The position numbers and the translations under genes are program-made. The notes under the pieces were generated by a model that worked only from the letters and a program-made list of their open reading frames with translations, made no database searches and was not told the DNA's origin. From the NCBI GenBank assembly GCA_904063045.1, contig CAJFCJ010000022.1:496001-560000 (forward strand): a stretch of 64,000 nt of DNA, in the 5' to 3' direction. How positions within the stretch are numbered: the first letter of the stretch is position 1; each line of letters starts with the position of its first letter. Source of the DNA: Dimorphilus gyrociliatus (Eukaryota > Animalia > Annelida). Shown here piece by piece: positions 1 to 12,182 of the stretch.

Positions 1-1685
1 CATCTTATGAGGCGGTACATGAAGTCCTTCTTGAAAAATCAACAGATTTTGCAGGAAGGTTAGAACCTTTTAGAATTGCCGTAAGCTGCACATTCAAACG
101 GTTTCCTTATTAATTAAACAATCCATTTATTTCGTTTCAAAGCTTTCATACGATCTTCCGAATGATTTAATATTTACAAGTTTCTCACCCGAATGGAACG
201 CAAGGAAGAAGTTGGCTATGAAATCAATGAAGGTTCCTTATTCAATTCACTTTGAATACTCTAATTCACTCGCTAAAATATTCGTATTCTTGTTTAGATG
301 TATGGAGAAGGCTTGGAAGATCTCGAAAGGGTAACTGATCAAGTACTCGATGACTTTTTCAAAAACATCGATGAAAAACAAGGTCAACCTTGGGTGATTA
401 ACGAAGATATCATCAATTGTTTCGTCAACATCATCTTTACTTTGGTATATATTTTCTCTTCATATCACTTGTCTCTATAGTATTATCTTTCTATCCACTT
501 TTTTTATAATATAGGCTCTTGGAAAACGATTACCATGGAATGACCCAGCAATAGGTTTCTTGAAGAAAAATTTCGATGCTGCCACTCCATCTCAAATATC
601 ACCGGAAGGGATTATTTTGGACATATTCCCTTTCTTATGGAAGATGAATTTTCCAAGCAAAATATGCTCGGATTTACAAAAAGGTTTAGACGCCAACAAA
701 TGGTTTAAGAACGAAATTGACGAACAATTGGTAAACTAATAAATTCACTTTTAATCCACTTTAAACTTTCTATTATTATGTTGATTATAAACAGAAAACA
801 TTCGAAGCCAATAAGCCACGTGGCTACTTGGACCTATTCTATCAAGAATATCTAAATGAGCAGAAATTGGATTCAAAGACAAAGATATCTTATCCTCAAC
901 TTGTTATGATGACTATTCAAACTTTGGTTGCCGGTAATTTCTCTTCATTTTTCAATCAATGACATAATAGCAACTGTTTGAAATTTTTTATTTAACCCAA
1001 TTGCCACTAGGTTACGCTACTACTGCTACTGCCGTAACTTGTTTTATTCAATTAATGCTAAGATATCCAGAAATTCAAGAAAAGATTTATCAAGAAATCA
1101 TTGATAATGTAGGAAATGATAGACGTCCAAATATCAATGATAAAAATAATCATCATTATCTAATGGTATTGCGTTAAATTGAACAATTTGTAAACCGTTT
1201 CACAATTCGCTTTATCTCTTCCTTAGGCTTCAATATATGAGCTTTTACGATTCATCAGTCATGTTCCTATGGCAGGGCACAGGGCTATTAAAAATACTAC
1301 TTTGCTTGGATACAAAGTTCCAAAGGATCACAAAGTGTTCGTTTCTATGTGGGGTCTACACCACGATGAGAAAATCTTTCCAGAACCGTACAAGTTTAAG
1401 CCTGAAAGATATTTAGAAGAAAACGGGGAGTTTGTTGCACCGGGACATCCTTGCAGAAAAGCTCTATTTGCCTTTGGAGCCGGTAGACGTGTTTGTTTGG
1501 GAGAAACTTTGGCAAAGAATCGATTGTTTCTTGTGATAGGAGCATTGGTTCAGAACTATAAATTCCTTCCAGGAAATGGTAAGGACGTAGGAGAGGATGT
1601 AGATCCTAGAGACTATAAATTTGGAATCGTACTCAATCCAGGAGATCTAAATGTTCGAATGATAAGGAGAAACGGTAAAACTTAG
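1..1685 (+). CDS. Cytochrome P450, clan-2-like (CYP1/2/17/21-type); 5'-truncated, 7 exons in window
   Basis: Exons <1-80, 143-232, 298-444, 515-730, 795-933, 1011-1165, 1227-1685 join in frame through GT-AG introns of 61-77 nt (phases 0,0,0,0,1,0). Motifs: STDFAGR, C-helix WNARKK, I-helix AGYATT, K-helix ELLR, KPERY, heme-binding FGAGRRVCLG. Stop TAG ends at 1685. Confidence 0.97.
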
Positions 1686-1771
1686 GCGAAAACTATGAGA
1701 ATGTATGCACAGAGATTTAATCAGCCACCTTTTCATGTATATTGCTGTTGTATTAAATTTATCTAGATTTT

Positions 1772-1777
1772 AATAAA
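1772..1777 (+). promoter_or_regulatory. Probable poly(A) signal of the P450
   Basis: First AATAAA after the stop codon, 87 nt downstream; AT-rich context weakens specificity. Confidence 0.5.
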
Positions 1778-3944
1778 CGAAAACTGAATTGAACTGAATT
1801 GACTTCTTCATGCAAAAAATAAGGGATAAATTTTCATTGATTTATCCTTTTTATCTGAAAATTGGCTGATAAAGCGTAATATTTCGTAACAAGTCAAATA
1901 ATGGACATTAATGCCAATCACTCATTATATATGTAATCTATAAAACATTAAATCCATTGAATAAACTGCTCTACTTTAATCTTAAAGCTTAGATAGTGTT
2001 ATTTCCTATCGTGTAGTTTGGTATTGAAAAATGCAAGTTATTATTGAGTAGTAAAGAATGTTTTAGCTGAGTAATGTTTCCTAATACTTTCCCGTCTGTG
2101 AACTTGCATTGTTTAGAGGAAAAATATTGTCTATAGATGGAAAAGAAAGAAAATCTGTACCCTTTGAGATAAATGAGCAAATATAAAAAGCACATTTATT
2201 AACCTTTTAGACTGTTTTCATTGTGAATAATAAGTTTATTACTAATTATTATTAATATAGACAACTGAACTAACTGAATAGAGAGAATATTCATTGATGT
2301 AAACAATCTAATATATCCTCTCTCTCTCTCTCTTCTCTCTCGCTATGTTTACAGACAGTAACATTTCTTTTAATTTCTGTCTAAATGTTACTTTAAATTA
2401 GCTATCGTGTCTATTTTGCTTAAACAAGTGACATTACCTTCTCCTTCTTTTCTATTGCTTTACGACAAGCGTATGATCGTTAATAATTTGTATAGTGGAA
2501 GCGATATAAAACCCGATCCAAGACGATATTTGCTAAATGAATAAAGAAAAAGAATCGTTGTACGCCGAGATATTTAAACAACTTGTAGCTTAGTTTGCTA
2601 GTTTATGTAAACGTTCTTGTTTTCAGCCATTCGGTTATATTTTTGGGGGAAATTTCCTGGAAATTTAAGAATAATATTGAGTAATACAACACAATTTGAA
2701 AGTCTTAATTGCCTCTAACTTGTTCAATTTGAAATATGACGTTATAATTAAAAAGAAAAATAACGACATTCTCAAAGGTCAAATTGATTTTAATAATTCC
2801 TTACTTAACAATGTGTCATATAGTCTTCATACGATTATCTGTAATAGAGCGTTATCGTAATAATGAGTGTATACTTTAATTTCTTAATTTTATAAAATAT
2901 TTATATTCACCTAGTAGCGACATCTGGCTTTTATTTCTGCTGCTACAACAAATTTTACTCATCTTTTTTCATTGGATAATGTTTGAAGGACGTTTGGCTG
3001 TCCCGTTTTTGGGTTATATACCGGAAACGTACAAATTTATACATAAACGCAGCTATAAAGCCAGCATAAACACGTATATTGTTTTAAATTGAAAAATAGA
3101 AATGAGAAATTCAATAGCAAGAAAATCAAACACCAAAGGTCATAGTTCATTCTGTTTAATGATGAAATAACGGTGTAAGTAAAGATTTAAAAGGTAACTG
3201 ATAAGACTGGTTATAACCCAATATTACAACAGATATTAGAATGATGAGCAATAATAACAACAAATCTTAGGAGACAGAGAAGGGGGGAGAAAAAACAAAA
3301 TTAATGATTAAGTATCAAAAAGGATACTTTCAACTTTTAAGATAATATATTGTTGTTTTTCTTTATTATGAAACATAGCAAAAGGTTTATTGTTTATCTT
3401 TAGGTAACTGACATATACTATATATATATATATATGTATATATATAGTCACAATAAATAAAAAAGTGCTTTAGTATTGCGCAATAACTCCTCATATAAAT
3501 GTATAATAAATATATATATATAGCCATTTATCATTTTCTGTGAAATTCCACGAAAGTCTTTTAGGAGGCTGGAATTTAGTTTTCACTTGAAACACAAGCA
3601 AAGAGTAAAAACAATACAGAAAAAGTACCATAATAAAACTTTTTCTCTTAGCTTACAAACACCAGCTAAAAATAACTCGAAACTTTTAATAACAATACAT
3701 TTGCATATAATAAACAAGAAGTATATAAAAATTATTCTATCAAACAATAACTTCATAAAATGTATAGCGAAAAAAATAATAACAAAAACAAGATTCAACA
3801 GTTTTCAAAATGTAAAACAGCAGATCGATTCATTTTGTTTGTCAATCATTATTCCTTTCTCTTTTTTCATTTCTGCAATATCTATATAGCGTGAGATTTG
3901 AGACTGAAGAAAAAGAAACGGAAGAAGATGTAGAAAAGAATAGG

Positions 3945-5897
3945 CTAGAAATCCTTCTCTATTAAACGGGTTGTTAATTTTCTTAACCATAAAGCGGCAT
4001 CTGTACTTCTCGCTCGGCTTTCGCACACAACTACTAATATAAATGTTCTCGACTTTGAAACGATAAAGTATTTCGATCCGTTGAAGGCTATTAATTGGCG
4101 TTCGTCTCTTTCCCTAATAACGTAGGTAGTTCCATCTAGGGTAAGGCTATCTACTGGAAGATCTTGCAATCCTTTTTCGAAAGTTTTGCTTAGAATCTGT
4201 TAGAAAAAGCAAAAAATAAATGCTATTAGTTTAATTGAATAGACGAATAAATAATTGATTGATCGATTAATAGACAATTAAGCTCCAGGGTTGTATGTAT
4301 GTACATGTATATATATATATGTATACATTATTGGTATTATCCTATAGCGTATGGTCTACGTGCGTCAGTCGGATTTAATCTATAAACTTAAAAAAAAATT
4401 CATTGATAGATGGATGAATAGCTGAATGAAAAAATGATGCTTCACTTCTGCTGTTTCAGCCTAGCGATTTAGTAACAGAAGTTTTCCTAATGTCAATGTT
4501 TTGAAAGTAAATACTCGTGTTTTGTACTGACGTCAAAGATTTAGTTTTAAAGTCCATGTGTACATAAAAGTTTATATATATATTCTACTACAAATACTTT
4601 ATCCTTTTAGATAATTGTTGTTGGAATTATCTAGAAAATTATGGAGAAAACTGACAATTGCCAAATAGTTTAAGTATGATTGTCTAGACTTTAACAATAG
4701 TTTTAATACGAATTAGAGGCCTACATATACAATATAATATCAGACCATATTAAAATTAGAAATAAATGCAATAGATCTGAAATGAAAATTGTCTGGAGTT
4801 TTACAAAAAAAAAAAAACTATGAAATAGTTTTTCTACAATGTTTGACAAAGGAAACAGGTAAAAATGAATAAAACTCTGCCATCTATTCACAAGAATTTC
4901 ACATTTTTTCGTTCTCTAATAAAAGCCTTTATTATGCTAATCGTATTACAAAATATTCGCATTTATTCTAAATAGTGACTACGTCATGGAAATATCAGGA
5001 ATAAATCACGAGCATAGAATGTGAAACACTTAAAAACTAAAACATGAATATTAAGTGAAAAGAAGTACACATTATTTTATTTTAACTACCACTGATATCG
5101 TATGTTATTTATGTATTTAGGTCAAATTTGACAACAAAGCATCGCAGTATCCTGCAATTATTACAAGGTTAAGTAGAGGCAGGAATTTAATATTGTTTTA
5201 ATAACTTATCAAATGTTATTCTTTAACAAGTATTAAAAAAAATTAACTGATCATTAAAAAAAACAAGCAAAAGATTACGTAATTTTTTTGTTATTGGTAA
5301 ATCAAGAATAGAAGGAGGTAGTTGTAAGAGATTAACAAAACTATTCTAAATTTATCAAACAGATAAGGATAAAGGAAATTTACTTTTCTATTTCCTTTTG
5401 TTATTTATTTTCTTTATTTTGGTTTTTAACTAGTAAATAAGCTGTTTTAAAGTAATTATCTAGTGGTTTCTTTCTTCAACCTACTTTATCGATGACCTAA
5501 AGGATTATGAACAAATTAATATAAAAGGCCAAGTTCTAAAAAGGTGCTTTTTTTTAAGCTTTCACTTTATCTAATTTATAAAATTTTGATAAACAGCGTA
5601 CTTTTAATCGTTATCATATCTGACGCAAATCAATTTCGCGAGAAATTCGTATAGATTACTTCTTAATAATTATAAATTTTAAGAAAGACCATCAAAATAT
5701 TTTGTATGGAAATTATTTACCGTTATTTCTTTTTGTGGCATCGTAAAACCGGAAGTAGATGATACAACATTTCCGTTCAATTTAAATAAACCAGCTTTAG
5801 CCAGTTTAAAATTGTCTTTTTGTTTCATAATATGCTTTATCCAAACTTGCCATGTTTTTGACGGTTGATTTTTCATCAGACTATGGATTCCCAACAT
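3945..5897 (-). CDS. Divergent profilin-family protein (142 aa, 2 coding exons)
   Basis: Exons 5897-5721 (ACG|gtaaat) and 4196-3945 (ctaacag|ATT) join in phase 0. The product follows the profilin pattern: N-terminal W helix (TWQVWIKH), AGLFKLNG..STSGF, LTLDGTTYVIRERDER, FIVSKSRTFILV and a C-terminal helix. Confidence 0.88.
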
Positions 5898-5915
5898 CTT
5901 TAGAGCGATTAATTT

Positions 5916-6336
5916 CTGAATTGGTAATAAATAATAATATGAACAATGTGTTTATATACAAAAGAAAACTGTAGGCCTTATAAGATTCTTTAGCATTGCT
6001 ATCAAATAACCAGAAATGATTAGGCATTGTCTTAAAGAAGATATTTATTTTCCTAAATATAGAACTAAACGTTACGTTGTTCTCTCTCTCTCTCTCTCTC
6101 TCTCTTTAATGTAATTAAATAATTCTACCTTTAGAAAGTGAAAATGAATTTAAAATAAACTCTATATTGAATTATCTTGAATCTGAGGCTTTTGAACGGT
6201 TAGGTATTGTAGAAATATTGCCTATGATTTCCAATTATATAATCAACGACTCTAAATTGGGGCATGTTCGATATTCGTTCGGTGGAAATTTCCACTCGAA
6301 AGACACACATTTAGAATTAATTATTTATTAACTCAC
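5916..6336 (-). other. Probable 5'-UTR intron of the profilin-like gene
   Basis: Minus-strand acceptor ttcag| 18 nt before the ATG and a strong donor AAG|gtgagt at 6336. A CpG-rich patch with a CCAAT-like and a CRE-like motif at about 6740-6830 could be the promoter. Confidence 0.45.
6081..6104. repeat. (TC)12 microsatellite
   Basis: Direct reading. Confidence 0.95.
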
Positions 6337-8393
6337 CTTTTACTTGTATTTTATTCTCTTCAATGAAATAGATGAAATTGCAATAAAATGTTTCTTTAGT
6401 TTCACTTGTCCTTGCGAAATCTACTAACAAAATGTGGACGATTAGCGTAATACAATCGTATGTATATACGATAAAAAATTAATTTTAACAAGATCTCTTA
6501 CTCGACTATAATCTTTGTTTATATTCGAGAATATTCTTTTTCAGATATTCCAAATTTACTATCCGAAAGATGACGAATAAGAGTGAAAATATTTTTTACC
6601 GGTTTCAATTTCAATATATAAAAATTTTCTTTATTGAAATACTCAAAGCATTGTAGTCATGCCCCACTTTTGCCGTTTATATATCTTGTGCGAATCTATC
6701 CTTTTCTATTTGTAAACGCGAATACACTACACTAATAGCTGATTGGTTACTCAGGGTCACGCCAAAGTCGGTCTGACGTCGCCACGTATACACGGCTTGG
6801 GTGGATAGAGACGAGGAACAGAGTACCAGTCTTTTTTCATTCACCCACTGATAAGATATTCAAGGAACACAACAGTTAGTAATAATGTCAAAAGTTCGAG
6901 TGGGAGTTAAGAAAAAAGTTTAAGAATAGAATTTGTATAAAAAGATCATGCCACTTTTCAATTTTTTATTATTTTTATTTCACTTCTCGGCCATTTTATT
7001 TTAAAATTTAGGTGTGTGCAACTATTTTTTATGGCCATTTCGTTGGAAGTTTAGGTCGTGTGAGGAAGAACGTACGACAAGTTCGATAAATCACCAAATC
7101 GTTTAGTACTTGTAATTGATAAGATAACGTTATCATAATCAGACGTCTGTGTTGACCTTATTTGCATAATTCATGTTAAAATTTTCCACGTATTTCATAA
7201 TATTTAAACATAATATAAAACAATAATAGAAAGAAGGAAAAAAGGAATCTATTGATTACCGAATCTATCGTTTCCGCCTCTTATTTAGTTTAACTTTTAT
7301 ATTTTTACTACAAACTATCGTGCCAAAGTCAGCGAGAATGTCTCTTTTATCCTTGAAAAGCGGTGCGTGCAATTGATTAATTGATTGATTGAAAGAAGAA
7401 GAAAAAAAAGGATCTGTTCGATAGGTTTGAGACTAATGGCAAGCATATTCGTATTCTCTTACAATTGCTAAAGAGATTACCTTCCTTTTTTCCTTCTTCT
7501 TCATTCTTTTTTTATGTTCTTATATTCACATTTATAGATTCAATATCAGAAGAATAGCTTAGGCGGTCTGTCTCTAATGAAATCCAGATAAGATTCTAGA
7601 AGAGACCTACTCTATTAATAATAGAAATTTACCACCCAACGGTGTATATCTCAGTCCACCTAGTCATTTTACATCTACACCTACAGCTGTTCATTTTTCT
7701 CATTCATTCACTAAATTCAAGTTATTATTATCTATTTATAAACTCTTCACACCCTTGCACGTAAGCATAGCCTGTAGAATATATAATACAGCAACCTTGA
7801 ATACAATGCCTGAAGGGCGAAAAGGAGATTTATTCGTTCAATCTCCGTGATTGTACCATAAAAAAGACTATATTCAACAGCATTGCTTGTTGAAATTTGT
7901 TCTTTTTCATTTCAATTATCAATTTAACTAGAAGTTACTATCTTAGAAAATATTAAATAGAAGGTAATATTTAATAACAAATAAATAATTTTTAACCTCT
8001 TGCTTAGTAATCAGTTATTTTATTTTTTATTGATAAATTCTTTAAATAACTTCCTACATATAGAGAGAGGATATCATTTCGTTGCTTTAGTTAAAAGCTT
8101 CATAATTTAATAATCCGCAAGATGTCACTATTACTTTTATTAAAATTGATGGATAATTTCTTATAGTCATATCATTTCGTGATGTTTTATTGATTTCATT
8201 AATAATTTCATTAATGAATATGAAAATTAAAAAAGGGGGAAGAAACACACTTATCGGCTAAAGAATGCAATGGAATTTTAGTACTTTTCCTGGTAATTTC
8301 CTATGATTTTTATCACGTAATTGTGATAATTAAAGAATAATCATTACTTTTATCAAAATGTTAAGTATATATATATATTCATTGTGTAGATAT

Positions 8394-8602
8394 TGTAGGA
8401 AGTTGGTGTGAAAACTTTTCGTATATCTATATATAAGTATAGGATTAAAGAGTGTTCTTGTTGTACTGATAGTATATCAAGCGTGGAATGTTCTATGCAC
8501 CTGTATATAAAAAATATATAATATGTATATATGTATAAAAGTGTCAAAATTATAGCAATTGTCTACAATAAAGATATGAAATTCGTTTGCCAACTTCCTA
8601 CA
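8394..8602. repeat. 13-bp perfect inverted repeat pair spanning 209 bp (decayed MITE/foldback-like)
   Basis: tgtaggaagttgg at 8394-8406 and ccaacttcctaca at 8590-8602; a third partial copy (aacttcctaca) lies near 8048. No target-site duplication seen. Confidence 0.35.
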
Positions 8603-9341
8603 CGTTACCGCATTATAAAACTAATATGTAGAGAGATATCGGTTGTTTAAAGAGAGTAAACTTTTTTACCTGAATGGGTTGAACGTTGGCAGATGAGATG
8701 GGAAAATTTATTTCTATGTTGGTAGAATGAAATGTAGCGAAAACGAAAATACTCCCTTTATATGCACCAGTTTTCTTTCAATACAAATTCTTAGAAATAG
8801 TCCCTGGCCCAAATGTTGAATACTCTAACCTGTTTTAATATTTCGGATACAACGAGTAACCGATGACATTAACAGTTCGACGGATATTTCATTTTCATTT
8901 ATTTTCAAATAAATTACCGCAGTTGCTATTAAATATTTAGATAACGTTAGAATAATTGTATCAGTGTATAGATGTCTAGAGACAGTATACAAGGAAGAAC
9001 AAATACAATTGGAAATATGGGGAATAAAACCGACTATATATGGTGCAAGCATGTATATATACTGTATATTAGTATATATATAGATAGATAGAGACATGTA
9101 TTACAACTCCATGCATAATCTATATAATACTTAAAACATTAGAACAGTAACTTACGGCTAAGTTGACTTTGATCTCTTTAAATTAGACAAAGATGACGTA
9201 AGCAGCTACGAACAACGACTACAATTTACTCTAGTAAATTTTGAAATGAAAATATACCTGATACACGTAATTTAAACAAACAACAACGACAACGGTAACA
9301 AGGCTAAAATAGATGGATGAAAAAAGAAGAAAAACACTTAT

Positions 9342-9345
<4 letters not shown>

Positions 9346-9379
<34 letters not shown>

Positions 9380-9388
9380 CACACACAC
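9346..9388. repeat. Compound (CT)n-(AC)n microsatellite
   Basis: Direct reading; lies just 3' of the GPCR1 stop. Confidence 0.9.
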
Positions 9389-9538
9389 GCACACACAACA
9401 CACAAAACCAAAGTGTAGTCAAGTTTGTCGAGTTATTTCTCTTATTTTCTCTAATCAAGTAAATTGAATAAATTCAATTTTAATTATCAAGATATAGAAT
9501 AAACTATATAAAAAATATAAATCTACTTTTGGTTCTGC

Positions 9539-10753
9539 TTAATAGTTCAAGTCCTTTGTCTCTTGTAGTTGATAGGATGTTGATATTGTTTGTCGACTAA
9601 AGGATATGAGCGACATTCGTTTTTTGACTCCTCTAAACATTGTTTGTAATTCCTTACGAAATGCCCTTTCCGCTAGGCAATAGAGAATAAAATTAAAGCT
9701 AAAGTTAATTGATTGTAACAAATTCGCTATCTCAAGGAGTTTTTGAGGAAGTTGTAAATTTGTTACAATAATTTCGCCATTATAAGAATTCTCCTTTTGA
9801 GATTCGTAGTTTCGCCATATCATCTTCTCAATTGCTTCAAATTTGATCAATTCGCTTGGAAATACAAAGAAAAATTGCATAATTATTAAAATCACTAATA
9901 TTCTAGCGATCTTAACGCCATCTTTTGTCACTGAATTTTGGAGGTAAGTACTCCTTTTGTTATGCGCTCTCCACAGGCAAATCATCAGGTTAATATTACA
10001 GAATATTAACAATAAGTAAGGTGTAAAGATAACTAGTAAGGGCCACACCCACTGATGATAGATTTCGAACGCCCTAAAAAAGCTGGAGCCAATGAAACGC
10101 TGTCTCGGCTGATAGAGAGTTTTTGATCCGAATTTGCACGGAACAGTTTGAACCCTTAAGAATTCGGGTATCGTGACCAAAATACAAACAAGAAGTAATA
10201 TGACAAATACAATAAGCGACTTCTTTATGGTTAGATATCTTTTGAAGTGAAGAGGCCATATGATCATTAGATTCCTTTCAACCGCCATCTTAACCGTTAG
10301 CCAAGTGCTTAGAACAAGGAAAAAGTTTAAGCTCGTTACCCCGTATACTCGAAATTCCGATGACATTTTAAAATAATCTGTTGATGCGTTAGTATTTCGC
10401 CAGTAGAGAATTGAAAATGGAACGTTTAATAAGTTATAACATAGATCGGCAAAAGCTAAAAATAGAAATCCCAAACAAGCACATAATCTTAGTTCACCAA
10501 TTTTACTATTGTGTATACGTCGGCCAAAGATTATTAAATTTAAGATATTTCCAAAAATACCAAATATGGCTAATCCCAGCTGAACGTAAACCGGCCAAAA
10601 GAAGCCGTCATTCTTCAATATATTACATTTTTCACTACTCTTCATATTTCTTCTAGTTTCTTCAATAACTTCTTTATAGGTTCTATTAAAGTGTTTCCTA
10701 AGTATTCTCTTAACAAGTTCGATATCGAATGTTTGATTGTACGTAGACGCCAT
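9539..10753 (-). CDS. Class A GPCR, FMRFamide/sex-peptide-receptor-like orphan peptide receptor (404 aa, single coding exon)
   Basis: Seven hydrophobic segments with TM1 GNILN, TM2 LAFADL, TM3 AVERN, TM5 P, TM6 FFFVFP, TM7 NFSFNFILYC and helix 8 FRKEL. The track ORF starts at a TTG (10831); the first ATG is at 10753 (MASTYNQTF, N-glycosylation sequons), downstream of a splice acceptor at 10800. Confidence 0.95.
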   Translation of the reverse strand: MASTYNQTFDIELVKRILRKHFNRTYKEVIEETRRNMKSSEKCNILKNDGFFWPVYVQLGLAIFGIFGNILNLIIFGRRIHNSKIGELRLCACLGFLFLAFADLCYNLLNVPFSILYWRNTNASTDYFKMSSEFRVYGVTSLNFFLVLSTWLTVKMAVERNLMIIWPLHFKRYLTIKKSLIVFVILLLVCILVTIPEFLRVQTVPCKFGSKTLYQPRQRFIGSSFFRAFEIYHQWVWPLLVIFTPYLLLIFCNINLMICLWRAHNKRSTYLQNSVTKDGVKIARILVILIIMQFFFVFPSELIKFEAIEKMIWRNYESQKENSYNGEIIVTNLQLPQKLLEIANLLQSINFSFNFILYCLAERAFRKELQTMFRGVKKRMSLISFSRQTISTSYQLQETKDLNY

Positions 10754-12182
10754 TATCCCAGTAACGCTTTCCCCTTCGCCTTTTCGATTCCTTCTGTTGC
10801 TGTCTGGGCAAAGAAACGATAATGTATTCAAATGGTACGCTTTCTTTATATTTCATATTTAATTATCTCTCTTTTTGTCTCTCATTCATTCATTCAATCA
10901 ATCGTATATTCATTTAGATAAACAGTTCCCTCTCTCTATCCATGTATCTAAATCACTATCTATCAGACAACTTCCGACTAATTCCACCTACGTATAGCTA
11001 TTACACGGATTATCTACATATTATACAAAGAATAATTTACACCAATACACTAACCAATAATAAAGCAGTGTATTTCGAACATTTGCAAATGACTACTCGA
11101 TTAATTTTCCTAGGCTGAAATTGTTTCTTTTTTTAAACTTTTTTTCGCGTTAAAAGATGAAAGAATAATAGTTTTTAAATAGAGAACGTCTAGTATTACA
11201 TTCAGATTTGGTCTTTCTTTAAAAAGCTAAAGAAGATAGAAGATAAAAGGGAAGAAGAAAAATCCTAGAAGAAATAAAAGAAAGTTACAAAAACTATTAA
11301 ACGTTGGCAACTATACTCGGAAAAGTTAATTTCGTTATCATTCATTTTAGTAACGACCTTGGCATTTTTTACTGCAAATAGCATAGATTTAAAAATAAAC
11401 ATATTCTATTTCCTGCTTTAACCTAACTCTTTCTCCTCTCTACTACGTACACCTATTTCATGGAATTTTTTCTTTTTTTCCCCTCTCTTCTCTGATCAAT
11501 CAATCGTTATTTTCCACCTCCAACTCCATCATCTAACTACCCAATGATCCACCCACAAAAATTTACGCCTTTCAGTCACAATATTTATATTTAAGTGAAA
11601 AGAATGGAAAGGGCAAATGGACAAAAAAAGGAAGAGACGTGGGAGGAAAAGTGGCATTTTTTTTATGTGGAAAATTTAAATACTTTTCTTTTTTAGGTTT
11701 TTTTCATTTGATCAAATAAACTAGAAAAAATTGGAAAAGAAATCAACATTTTCGTATAACTACGACAAGGCCAATTAATTATGAAAAGGCCTGTAATTAT
11801 TCTTTTACTTCCGTACATGTTGAATCATTATCATATTTATAAGTGTTTGTGACAGATGTAGATCATATATATATATATATGTACATATGCTGTATATACG
11901 CATTTTGATAACAAAGTGTAACCTTCTCTTTTGACACTTGTTGACAAATAAGCCCTAAAACGGAGAAATCTCTTAAAATAAACAAAAAGGAAAGAGAAGA
12001 GTCAACTCTTTATCAGCAGAAAAAATAATAAACAATTATAATAAACAAATTTTGACAAGAGAGCAGTAGAGATAAAGAAGGGAGACAGAACGACAGCTAG
12101 AAAAGAAGAAAGAAAAGAAGAAGAGGAAGAAGAAGAAGAAGAGATAAAAATATATGAACAAATAAGTTAAAATAAATAAAGG

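Noticed and set aside
10074-10656. Alternative-frame and antisense ORFs overlapping GPCR1 (10074-10259, 10411-10656)
   Set aside because: Shadows of the real coding sequence with no recognisable motifs.
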